From Candidatus Poribacteria bacterium (lineage in GTDB: Bacteria; Poribacteria; WGA-4E; PCPOR2b): a stretch of DNA of 64,000 nucleotides. Positions 1 through 9,127 of the stretch are shown one piece after another (position 1 is the first letter of the stretch; each line of letters begins with the position of its first letter). The position numbers were made by a program, and so were the translations under genes. Under the pieces are notes generated by a model that made no database searches, was not told the origin of the DNA, and saw only the letters and a list, made by a program, of their open reading frames with translations. The stretch lies in NCBI GenBank assembly GCA_965215015.1, contig OZ244042.1, positions 352,001 through 416,000 of the forward strand, given 5' to 3'.

Positions 1-1358
1 ATCAAGACAACCAGATCGTCTATCTGCTTTGCAAAACTGGACAGGTTCACCTCAAATTTCCCACCTTGATGATACTTCAGTGTCATCTGTCCATTCCAAG
101 CCTTTTCCGGACGAAGAAACGGGTTGAGGCTGATGTAATCTGTGTCAAAGTAAAGCGTTGACAATCGGTGCCGCGCAATAGTCCGAACCCCTTCAAGTTG
201 AATTAACCAATGTTTATCAAGATGGGTCGTCAACGCAAGAGACGGATTTAACTGCAAGCTGACTTTATCTCCCGTATCGGTCTGTGGAGTTGCGTCTGCC
301 ACCTTTAGCTCTGAATCTGCTTTATTTTCACCAGTTTCAGCGTCAGTTTGTTGAGGTATGTCTGCCACATTTAATTGTGAGTCCTCTTTATCTTCGTTGG
401 TGCCATTACTTTCACGAAGACTAACTCCTTCCAAGCCTATGCTGCAAACTAACGGTCCAAATGGCGTAAACTCATCGCGGGCATACAGGCGAACGATTGT
501 CCCCCAACTATCTCTACTGAACTGCTCATCTGTCGCAGAAAAATATTCCACATGGCCACCGGTGTGAATTGGGTTCAGGAAGGGCCACGAAAGTGCCATA
601 TCAAAGTTGAACAGCAGATCTACCGCTTCATCCCGCAGGTTGGATTTACCGTGATCAACACGGAGTAGGATTGTATCAAGATTCAATGTCGACCACGTTG
701 TGTCAGAAATCTGCTGCTGCCAATTCAGATCGGAACGGAAAAGCAGCAAATCCTTCTGAGGATTTGGGGCTTTCCACTCAAGTGCTTTGAGGTTTAATCC
801 GAGGTCAAGGGAGATTTCACTCAATTCCTGATACTGGTGACTTAATCTACCGCGGACTCCGTCAAGGCTATAATCTCCCCGCTCTTTGGTCCGTAAATTA
901 CCGAGTTGCTGCCGGTCTAAATGGAGAAAACCGTGTGTCTGCTCGGTACGCCCCGCGAAAAGCACCTGATAGAACAGTGATTCTGGCAAACTCGGATATG
1001 CGGTAAGGTGGACCCTATAGTTCTTCGGTGGTGGGGTGATGGGCTTGACAGCTTTCTGGGGCGTAGTGGTGGGGGGTAGGTTCCAAAGACGCTCTTTGGG
1101 GTATAGGGCGATAGCGTGAATCAGTTCGGGTGCCAGCGGATCGCTAAAGCGGCTGCGCGGCTCAAGCACGATTCGGGTGGTATCAATAATCTCTGCGATA
1201 ACCTCATCTGGCAGATCTGATTCTAACTGTTCTTCCGGCGGTTCCTGCGTTTGGGCGTAAACTTGTGATAAACTAAATAGAATGTAAAGACTAAAAAGTA
1301 AAACGTGGGAGATATTGCGTCGAGCGTCTCGCGTCAAATGCTTTTTCCATCCTTTCAT
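1..1358 (-). CDS. TonB-dependent receptor-like outer-membrane beta-barrel protein (partial, runs off window start)
   Basis: Absent from the ORF track because no stop falls inside the window. Manual translation from ATG 1358 gives MKGWKKHLTRDARRNISHVLLFSLYILFSLSQVYAQ (signal peptide); near 60-180 the same frame reads RLSTLYFDTDYISLNPFLRPEKAW, matching the NPxLxPE motif of TonB receptors. Frame spot-checked only. Confidence 0.7.
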   Translation of the reverse strand, partial: MKGWKKHLTRDARRNISHVLLFSLYILFSLSQVYAQTQEPPEEQLESDLPDEVIAEIIDTTRIVLEPRSRFSDPLAPELIHAIALYPKERLWNLPPTTTPQKAVKPITPPPKNYRVHLTAYPSLPESLFYQVLFAGRTEQTHGFLHLDRQQLGNLRTKERGDYSLDGVRGRLSHQYQELSEISLDLGLNLKALEWKAPNPQKDLLLFRSDLNWQQQISDTTWSTLNLDTILLRVDHGKSNLRDEAVDLLFNFDMALSWPFLNPIHTGGHVEYFSATDEQFSRDSWGTIVRLYARDEFTPFGPLVCSIGLEGVSLRESNGTNEDKEDSQLNVADIPQQTDAETGENKADSELKVADATPQTDTGDKVSLQLNPSLALTTHLDKHWLIQLEGVRTIARHRLSTLYFDTDYISLNPFLRPEKAWNGQMTLKYHQGGKFEVNLSSFAKQIDDLVVL

Positions 1359-1406
1359 CCTTCCACTCTTACTCGTTCTTCTGTCGATCATCTCTACCAC
1401 CCAAAC

Positions 1407-4400
1407 TTACTTAAAAAGTTGTTGAAGTTTGTTATTCGCGTAATCATATAGTGCATCCCATTTCTTCCGTGCCTCTGCATCTTGCACCTGCTGAACATTC
1501 GATTCATAAAACTCAATTGCGTTCTCATACTCATCCCTCGCCTGATGGGTGTATGCCGGTTGCGCTAAGATTTCACCGGCTTTGGCAAAGGCGTCAGCGG
1601 CATAAACGGTTGCTTGGAATGCCCTGTACGGATCATGCTCCTTGTACAGGTAACGGATACGCAAATAGGTTGTGCCGGCGTCTTTATGTTCCCCCATCTG
1701 TGCTTGTGCATCTGCTAAACGGAGTAGCCCTTCGATTACAATGTCAACAGAGTATCGCTCTGTACCCTTTTCGCGAATTATGTCATAAGCTTCGATGGCT
1801 TGCTGGTATTTCTGTTGAGCGCGATAGGTATCTCCTAAAGCCAACTGGGCCCACTGCGCTTGCTCCGAGCCCGGGTAATCGTTGAGGAGACGACGGTATA
1901 CCTGCACAGCTGTGTCCCACTCTACCAACTCTTTGTAGCACTCACCGGCAAGCAAGAGCGCACGGGGAGCGTCAGCACTTTGCGGATAGTTCTCTGGTAC
2001 AGCAAGAAGTGCCTTCACAGCGTTACCAAGATTGCGACTCGCATTGTTTTGATTATACCATGCGTAACCAATTTCATACGCTGCAGCGGCTGCAAATTCG
2101 CTCCTAGCGTCAACTCGTTCAAATGCCCTAATCGCTTGACGATAAGACGCTAGCGCAATGTAACATTTGCCGATGTTGTACTGTGCTAGCCACGCCGATG
2201 AGGTGTTGGGATACTGGTTAATCGCGTTTTGAAACTCAGCAATCGCCCGTTTATAATCCTTTTCATTATAATAGAAACGACCAATTTGGAGTTGAACATC
2301 TGGGGCAAGTTCTCGGTTGGGATATTTCCGCGTCAGCGTCCGATATGCCTGTATCGTTTTCTTTTTTTCACCCAAATTTTCATACGCGGTTGCAATTCCG
2401 TACTGTGCATCATCCGCCCACTCACTTTTGGGGTGATGTTGGAGAAGCTTTTCATAAGCGGCGATTGCTTCCGGATAATTCTGAAGGTTCAAAAAACTTT
2501 CCCCGATATAGTATTGCGCCTCTGGACGGAGATTGATAGCCCTTTCAGCACCCGCCTCCCGAATTGGATTGGGGTACTTGTCAACCACCCGCTGATATTC
2601 ACGAATCGCTTGTGCATATTTGCCTTGTTTGAAATGGGCATTGGCAATACCGAAAATCGCTCTCGGAACAAGCTGTGAGCCGGGATGCACTTTGAGCATT
2701 TCATTGAAAGCAGCGATTGCTTCGGGATATTTTTCCTGCTTATAAAGCACCCAGCCCCTCTGATAGCGTGCGTTATCACCCCAGTTGCTACCGGGGTGGT
2801 CGGAAAGTACCTGCTTAAAAGCCTGAATTCCGTTGTTATACTGTTTGAGGTTGACATAAGCGATACCGATATGGTATCGCGTTTTGTCTGCAAGTGTACC
2901 GTTCGGGTGATTTGCAAGTCCTTCCTTCCAAGCCGATACCGCTTCTTGATAATGTCTTTGCTGCTTGGTACTGTCTTTTGAGAGTGTCGCCTCAGAGAAA
3001 TGGGTCCAACCGATTCCATAGCGGCACTTTTCCGCCCACTCAGCCCCGAGGGCGTCGGGAGCAATCTGTGATTGTTTCTCTAGCAAGGCTTGATATTTTT
3101 GACGTGCCGATTGATAGGCTTTCGGGGTTTGCTCACGCCAATAGGTGCTTTCTGCGATAAAAAATTCTGCCCGATAGCGCAGGCGGCTATTCGGAAAACG
3201 CCGAAGCAACTCCTCGCAGGCCCGAAGGGTTTCCGAATAATCTTCTAGCTCAAACCGGGCGCGCGCTTTCCAAAACAGGACCTCATCGGTAGGGGCAGTC
3301 TCCAAGTTAGCATCACGGTTTTCGGACAGGAAGCTATCAAAGGCTTGAGAACTTTCTTGATACGCCTTTTGGTTAAAATATGCGAGTCCAAGTTGATAAA
3401 GGACATAAGGTCGGAGTGGACTAGAGGGTTGATCGCTCAACAGCGCATTCAGCACATCAATGGTTTGCGAATAGTCTCGCAGTTCAAATGCACTGGTGGC
3501 TCTCCCGTAAAGTGCATCATCTGTGTACGCCGATTTCGCCCTCACTTTTTTATAGTGAAGGATAGCAGAATTAAACTCGCGTTGCAGACGAAAACATTCG
3601 CCAAGGCGGAAACGGGCTGCGTCAGTGAGTTCAGAGCGCCGATTCTCTGCAACCTTCTTGAATTCGTCGCCTGCTTTGGCATAGTCACCTTTTAGAAAAT
3701 GCGCCATCGCAATTCCGTATTGAGCATCATCGACAACCTCCCCTTGTGGGTAAAGCGTAATAACTTTTTGATATTCATGAATTGCTTCAGGGTATTTCTG
3801 CTCTTCCAACAAAACTTCGGCAATCCAATATTGCGCTTCCGCAACGATGGGGGAGTTGCCATGCTCGCGCAGTAAGAATTCAAAAGTATTTCTTGCTTCT
3901 ACCATTAACTTTTGCTGAAAATAACACTCACCGAGTCTGAATCGCGCATCTATAGCAAATTGCCGGTGCTCTTCGTCTTTCTGGTAGGTGTCAATAATTT
4001 GTTGGTAAGCCTGTTGTGCCTTCACCCAATCGCCAAGGTTGAACAGGGATTCGGCTGCACGGTAGGAAGCCTCTGGGATGGCATAGTGGGTGGGATATTT
4101 TTTAATCAAGTTTGTCAGTGTACTGTATGCCTCGCCATATTTTTTAAGTCTGTAAAGGCTCCAACCTTTGGCATACAGGGCATCTGATGCTTCGGCAGAC
4201 TGGGGATATTTAGTGAGGAGCTGCTCGTAATATTCACCGGATTTTTGGTAGAGCCCCAAGTTGTCATAAGACTCGCCGATGAGATAAAGACTATGGGAAA
4301 TAACGGAGGCATCGTCTGAACTTTCGACAACTTTTTCGTAAGCCTTGATTGCTTCTTCATATTTACCCTGATGGAACCAAGCTGTTGCCGTGCCGCGAAC

Positions 4401-4703
4401 CGAATCTAAACGCAGTGGGCTGTCCGGATAATCAATCTGGAGTTGTTTATAATGCTGGATTGCTTCGTCATATTTCTCAAGCTGCAGTGCACATTCCCCC
4501 ATGAGGAAACGGGCATCATCGGCATCTGCGCTTTGTGGGTAGTCCTGGATGAATGCTTTAAGTGCATCCTTAGCAATGAAATAAGCACCCTCCTGGAAGA
4601 GTTTGTAGGCAAAAACATATTCATCACGCTCGCCCGCAAACGTGGGGTAAATCGTCCATGTCATTATTATAATGAGGACCGATATTGCTGCTCGACGTAT
4701 CAT
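1407..4703 (-). CDS. Exported multi-TPR protein (CpoB/BamD-like TPR repeats)
   Basis: Signal peptide followed by many ~37-aa repeats of the type A.Y.IG..Y....Y..AI..Y..L...YP.S. Confidence 0.9.
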   Translation of the reverse strand: MIRRAAISVLIIIMTWTIYPTFAGERDEYVFAYKLFQEGAYFIAKDALKAFIQDYPQSADADDARFLMGECALQLEKYDEAIQHYKQLQIDYPDSPLRLDSVRGTATAWFHQGKYEEAIKAYEKVVESSDDASVISHSLYLIGESYDNLGLYQKSGEYYEQLLTKYPQSAEASDALYAKGWSLYRLKKYGEAYSTLTNLIKKYPTHYAIPEASYRAAESLFNLGDWVKAQQAYQQIIDTYQKDEEHRQFAIDARFRLGECYFQQKLMVEARNTFEFLLREHGNSPIVAEAQYWIAEVLLEEQKYPEAIHEYQKVITLYPQGEVVDDAQYGIAMAHFLKGDYAKAGDEFKKVAENRRSELTDAARFRLGECFRLQREFNSAILHYKKVRAKSAYTDDALYGRATSAFELRDYSQTIDVLNALLSDQPSSPLRPYVLYQLGLAYFNQKAYQESSQAFDSFLSENRDANLETAPTDEVLFWKARARFELEDYSETLRACEELLRRFPNSRLRYRAEFFIAESTYWREQTPKAYQSARQKYQALLEKQSQIAPDALGAEWAEKCRYGIGWTHFSEATLSKDSTKQQRHYQEAVSAWKEGLANHPNGTLADKTRYHIGIAYVNLKQYNNGIQAFKQVLSDHPGSNWGDNARYQRGWVLYKQEKYPEAIAAFNEMLKVHPGSQLVPRAIFGIANAHFKQGKYAQAIREYQRVVDKYPNPIREAGAERAINLRPEAQYYIGESFLNLQNYPEAIAAYEKLLQHHPKSEWADDAQYGIATAYENLGEKKKTIQAYRTLTRKYPNRELAPDVQLQIGRFYYNEKDYKRAIAEFQNAINQYPNTSSAWLAQYNIGKCYIALASYRQAIRAFERVDARSEFAAAAAYEIGYAWYNQNNASRNLGNAVKALLAVPENYPQSADAPRALLLAGECYKELVEWDTAVQVYRRLLNDYPGSEQAQWAQLALGDTYRAQQKYQQAIEAYDIIREKGTERYSVDIVIEGLLRLADAQAQMGEHKDAGTTYLRIRYLYKEHDPYRAFQATVYAADAFAKAGEILAQPAYTHQARDEYENAIEFYESNVQQVQDAEARKKWDALYDYANNKLQQLFK

Positions 4704-4897
4704 CGTTCTACCTTTCAGTATTTCACAGGCTTCAAATGGCTATTATATCATTGCCCATCCCTGTTTTCAAGCCTTTTTGGATACCGTTGTTGAACCGTTG
4801 GGAGCGCAAAGTTCCAGCTAACGAAGGGAGTTGCGATACTCGTTTGAAGACATTAATAAGAGGTAACCACGGTTCAATCAAAGTTTTGCTTAACCCA

Positions 4898-4934
4898 AAA
4901 CGCCCCGATGCCAAACCTCGACGCCGGGGCGTTT
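4898..4934 (-). terminator. Intrinsic terminator-like hairpin
   Basis: AAACGCCCCG...CGGGGCGTTT stem followed by a short T-run on the minus strand, downstream of the DAC-domain gene. Confidence 0.5.
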
Positions 4935-4952
4935 CTCTACTTTTTAGGTTAT

Positions 4953-5075
4953 TTGACGTACTCCTAAGCCTAAGTACTTGGGATTCTTGAATCTTGAATA
5001 CTGTTAACCAGCAGACTTACATAGGGGCCAATTGAATCGACTCCTATGGGGGACGCCATAGCCCCAACTACAGGA
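4953..5075 (-). mobile_element. IS200/IS605 right-end remnant
   Basis: Minus strand reads CAAGAATCCCAAGTACTTAGGCTTAGGAGTACGTCAA, resembling the IS605 right-end hairpin ending in TCAA. Upstream hairpin CATAGGAGTCG...GGCCCCTATG. No tnpA or tnpB nearby. Confidence 0.5.
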
Positions 5076-5311
5076 AACGAACCCTGATACTTTATTCTTT
5101 CGATTTACTATGCACCGAAAGGCAAGACAATTATTCCAGAAAACCGCATAAATAAAGAAATCCGAAAGGATTGGGATTTAGCACTAAAGTGATTTCGTTA
5201 ATTTCGGATGGCCAAAATCAATGCCGTGAAGTGCCAAACTCTCACCGAAGTTGTCGTTAGCAATACGACAATTTCATTTTGTGAGGTATCGCGTCGGATC
5301 GCCCAGTACAA

Positions 5312-6289
5312 TCATTCGGCGAGTAACTGAGTCATTGTCTCTTCCTCCTGAACCTCTCGGTTTAGCGATTCTTCCGAAAATTCTTTACGCTTCATGGGGA
5401 CCACTTTATCTTCACGCAATGTTCCTTGATCGGTGTAAGGATCATAGCTCTCTATAAAACGTCCATCCCGGAACAGCGTAACTTCACTGGTTTCCTCGCT
5501 AATCACAATTGACACCCTGACCTCATCGAGCGATGAAGCATAAATCGCGGCATTATGTCGCGCGCTCCCCTTGTGTAAACGCTCCACTTTGTCAAATACT
5601 CGATGGGTCCGTACCCCTTCCACCATGATACGAGATCTAAAGGCAACCCCATTCAAATCGACCAGTACTGCGCCATCCCGCTCCTCGTGCCCGGTAATTT
5701 CGCCGCTTTTGTCCTTTAAGATGACCTTCTCCCCCATATAACTAAATATCTCGTTGATTTTTAGGGAGAAAATCTGGGGGATTTGAGAGATACCCTGATA
5801 TTGTTTCTTCGTTAAATGTTCAATCTGACCGTCGTAGAATTCGGAAAAATTGTCCTCGTTCATATTTCGGCGGTCCACCAATAACAAAAATAACCCGCGA
5901 TTTTTTCTCATTTTCTGGTTGCTGCGCGCGAAGTCCTTTGCAAGTGAGTACAGTTTATCAATATACAAATCAACTAAATCTAATCTATCCGCCCAGAGTG
6001 TTTCAATTTGCTTGAGGCTCAGTCCAAATTCTTCGGTCACACTCTCCATATCTTCCACAATACGCTGCTGCAGCTGTTCATACTCCTGCGCTGTCTGCTG
6101 AAGCCCCTCCAGTTGCTGATTGAGTACCGATTTTTCCGCCTGATGACCCGCTTCGAGTTCATCCTTTTCTGTTGTCAGAGCTTGGAGCTTTTCCTCAAGT
6201 TCATTGAGTTCGCGACGCAGATTCTTCTGCTGATTGAGCAGATGCTGGTGTTGGGCGCGACTTAAGATCTTAAAGCCAAAAAAGAACAT
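5312..6289 (-). CDS. Diadenylate cyclase (DisA_N/DAC) domain protein with N-terminal coiled coil
   Basis: RDGAVLVD (DGA motif), GSARHNAA (RHR-like motif) and IVISEET...F.DG; E/Q/L-rich N-terminus. Start set at ATG 6289 after a GGGGA RBS. Confidence 0.75.
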   Translation of the reverse strand: MFFFGFKILSRAQHQHLLNQQKNLRRELNELEEKLQALTTEKDELEAGHQAEKSVLNQQLEGLQQTAQEYEQLQQRIVEDMESVTEEFGLSLKQIETLWADRLDLVDLYIDKLYSLAKDFARSNQKMRKNRGLFLLLVDRRNMNEDNFSEFYDGQIEHLTKKQYQGISQIPQIFSLKINEIFSYMGEKVILKDKSGEITGHEERDGAVLVDLNGVAFRSRIMVEGVRTHRVFDKVERLHKGSARHNAAIYASSLDEVRVSIVISEETSEVTLFRDGRFIESYDPYTDQGTLREDKVVPMKRKEFSEESLNREVQEEETMTQLLAE

Positions 6290-6414
6290 CAATTTATCCC
6301 CTTTGCCGCTTTGAACATAGCCGAGTTTGTCAGAATTCGGAAAGCCAAAAAATCCGTCAATGGTCCTCAATAGAAGTTGCTTTGAATTGATTTAATGGAA
6401 CCTGTCGTTTAATC

Positions 6415-6552
6415 GGGAGTGCTCATAAATAGATTTTGATGCGTATACTTCTCAACACCTCCCCGTCTGGCCTGGAAACCAAACCCTTACGATTGACCCA
6501 GGCACCCTCGCTTGAATTCCGCTACAATGTGTCTCGAATTAGGCACACCCCT
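6415..6552. mobile_element. MITE family A, copy 1
   Basis: GGGAGTGCTCATAAAT...AATTAGGCACACCCCT imperfect terminal inverted repeats; clearly homologous to 44040-44163. Confidence 0.7.
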
Positions 6553-6642
6553 GTTTGACTGAACTCAGGTTGAAGCCTTGAGTACAACGGCTCGACACGC
6601 CTTATCATCGTTGAAATCTAACCGATATTATATTTCGTAATG

Positions 6643-6770
6643 AGTAGATAGTGAGCTTTTCTCTGAATTTAACGCAACGTCGCCCCCCTCAGTCCCGAAT
6701 ACCCACACGGTTCTCTTCCCCCTGCTTGCGGGGGGACTGAGGGAGTTCTTAAAGGGGAAGGGGGGGCACC
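6643..6770. repeat. Composite intergenic repeat
   Basis: GCTTTTCTCTGAATTTAACGCAACGTCGC shared with ~19125; CCCGAATACCCACACGG shared with 24731/24792; CCCCCTGCTTGCGGGGGGACTGAGGGG shared with ~19175, 24760 and 41874. Confidence 0.8.
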
Positions 6771-6996
6771 CGATTCGGTTGCCTCCAAAGGGAATGCTTG
6801 CCATCGTGGATTCATGGTTTCATCGGGAGAAGGGGAGAAGAACGAAGAAACGCCTCCCATGCCCTGACAAAAGGGAAAACGGGAAGCCGATTCTCTCGCT
6901 TTCTCGTTATCTAACTATCCCGTTTTCTTTGCGTCTTAGCCCCTTGGCTCGCGCGCGTTTTATTATTTTATTAAAAGCCACTAACGACTTATTCCC

Positions 6997-8685
6997 TTAT
7001 ATTTTGGATCGCTGAAGGGCCCGACGGATAGCATATCCTCCAGAAATTAACACTATAATAAATAAGACCAAGACACCGATATTAATCAGGCGACGCCCAA
7101 AATTAAGTTCCCCTAGTCGTTTTGTCGCGAGTTCATACGGCGTTGAACCTTTTGCCGCCTGCAATTTTACCTGCTCCCAATAGACTTTAGATGCGTCTCG
7201 AAGATTTAGCCTATCTGCCAGCTTTGCAGTAGCGACAACGTAGGCGATGTTTTGGACGTTTACTTTATCCACTACCTCCGAAAAGGAGTCAAAGAGTAAT
7301 TTGGTAAACTCAGGGGACAGCGGCGGAAATTCGATGGTTTCCTCAATACCATTTTGGAATGCAGCTATGGCGTTCTCGTACGCCTTTCGATTAAACTGCA
7401 TTTGAGCAACTCCGAACCACGTCTTTTTACTAAGGACTAGGTCACGCTCTGTGGACTTGTGTGAGGCGAGTGTAAAATTTGCCTCCGTATGATAGAGCTC
7501 ATTGCTCTCGGCACGTAAGGTGTACATTTTACCCGGCTCCAGCACCTGTTTATCCAATCGATCCGCTTGGGGTGTAACGTTAACAATATTGGCAGAAAGT
7601 TGGTACCGACCATCTGCTTTGAGATATAGCGGATTCTGTTCGTACGTCGTTCCGTCTATCCACACCGTCCCGCCCTCAAGGGCGACACCATCAGGGGCTT
7701 TGATGCTGCCATGAACAGCAATGGATTCCAAATCCCATGAGAGATTAATCGATTCTCCCTGAACCATCTCAACTTCCACGGAACGCGCAGGCGGAATGAG
7801 GTATCCCAGCTTTCTAACCTCCACATTGTACGTCCCCCGTTGGAGGTTATCGGTAAGCCGTTGCGGCGTTACCCCTATCTCTTGTCCATTGAGGAAAACA
7901 GAGGCCCCATCAGGCACTGTCCTAACCTTGAGTACTGGGCTTAATTTTAAGACAACCTCCTGAATCTTCCCGATCGGGAGCAGAATCCCCTCTGTAAGCC
8001 GCAAAGTGCCGTCATCCAAATTCGAGGTGAGATAGGTGTGGAGCTCTTCAATGGAGACTTGCCGATTGCCATCAAGGTCGGTTTCATCAGTCCCTAACAC
8101 TCCCAATAATGTTTGCGCGAACAAATCCTCAGTGCTTAAGGCCGCACGCTGGATTGATATAAGTGCTGCAGTCCCTGGCATCCCGCGATTGGCGTAGTAC
8201 GCCATTAAATTCCGATCCCTAGTGTAGCCATCAAGAACGACAATCACTTTATTTTGGGACGATTCACGAAGCCAACGGTTTAATTGGCGGTCTTTAAGCG
8301 CATCTGTCAAATGCTCCGATGTCGATCCGTATGTTAAAAAGAAAATTGAATTCGATCTTCTCGGCTTCGTAACAAAACCGCGAAAGTAGAAGATGAGGCG
8401 ATCGCCTCGTCCCATTTCACTGCCAAGTTTATCTAAGCCAACCTTGATACCGTCGCGGGTGCACGCATCACCTTCGATTCGATGGATGTGTTTCGACAAG
8501 ACTTTTCCGCGTTCTTGCAGCAGATTGACCAATGAATCGAGATTACTTCGAGAACGGGTATCAGCGTCAGGGGTCACAATCAGCCACCAAGTTGTCGCAT
8601 CGGTAACTTGGGCATATAACGGCGAAACAGTGATAAGTGAAACCCCAATGAAGAATACGATAAGTACTAGAATTTGTTTCATCAT
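6997..8685 (-). CDS. PEGA-domain membrane-anchored protein with degenerate caspase-like (peptidase C14) N-terminal domain
   Basis: Signal peptide; GDRLIFYFRGF and VIVVLDGY at the positions of caspase FSGHG/LDAC; DLDGNRQVSIEELHTYL; PEGA motif VRTVPDGASVFLNGQEIGVTP; C-terminal TM helix. Confidence 0.7.
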   Translation of the reverse strand: MMKQILVLIVFFIGVSLITVSPLYAQVTDATTWWLIVTPDADTRSRSNLDSLVNLLQERGKVLSKHIHRIEGDACTRDGIKVGLDKLGSEMGRGDRLIFYFRGFVTKPRRSNSIFFLTYGSTSEHLTDALKDRQLNRWLRESSQNKVIVVLDGYTRDRNLMAYYANRGMPGTAALISIQRAALSTEDLFAQTLLGVLGTDETDLDGNRQVSIEELHTYLTSNLDDGTLRLTEGILLPIGKIQEVVLKLSPVLKVRTVPDGASVFLNGQEIGVTPQRLTDNLQRGTYNVEVRKLGYLIPPARSVEVEMVQGESINLSWDLESIAVHGSIKAPDGVALEGGTVWIDGTTYEQNPLYLKADGRYQLSANIVNVTPQADRLDKQVLEPGKMYTLRAESNELYHTEANFTLASHKSTERDLVLSKKTWFGVAQMQFNRKAYENAIAAFQNGIEETIEFPPLSPEFTKLLFDSFSEVVDKVNVQNIAYVVATAKLADRLNLRDASKVYWEQVKLQAAKGSTPYELATKRLGELNFGRRLINIGVLVLFIIVLISGGYAIRRALQRSKI

Positions 8686-9127
8686 TTGCCCCCACAATAT
8701 GCGAAGTGTACAACGTAAAAGCCGAAAAAGCTCGGGGTCTGTTGTACGATTTCTTAACATGAGCCTCATTTTTTTTCTGACTTCCGGGCATTAAACTACA
8801 AAGTAAGTGTAGCAGCATTTATTAGGAGGTTGCAAGGAAAAATGGGGATTCTCAGACCCCGTCAATCTTCTGATCGTGATCCATATTCAATTTGGGAGGA
8901 TGGTGCTCACACCCATGATACTGTTGGATTAATGGACTTCTTGATACGGCGTCCCATCTTCAGTCTAAACTTTCGATCTCTAATTCCGTCAAAATTCACT
9001 GTCAAATCACCTATAGACATATACGATAAAATCAGTGGAAAAATCTTGCGTATCATTTCTTTAGTGTAATTTCACAGAATTTGCTTCTGTCTGAACGAAA
9101 CAAATTTATATCAACAACTGATAGGAG

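Noticed and set aside
4780-4840. c-di-AMP (ydaO) riboswitch near the DAC gene
   Set aside because: Only CAGCTAAC matches; the other conserved blocks are missing and the orientation does not fit the downstream gene.
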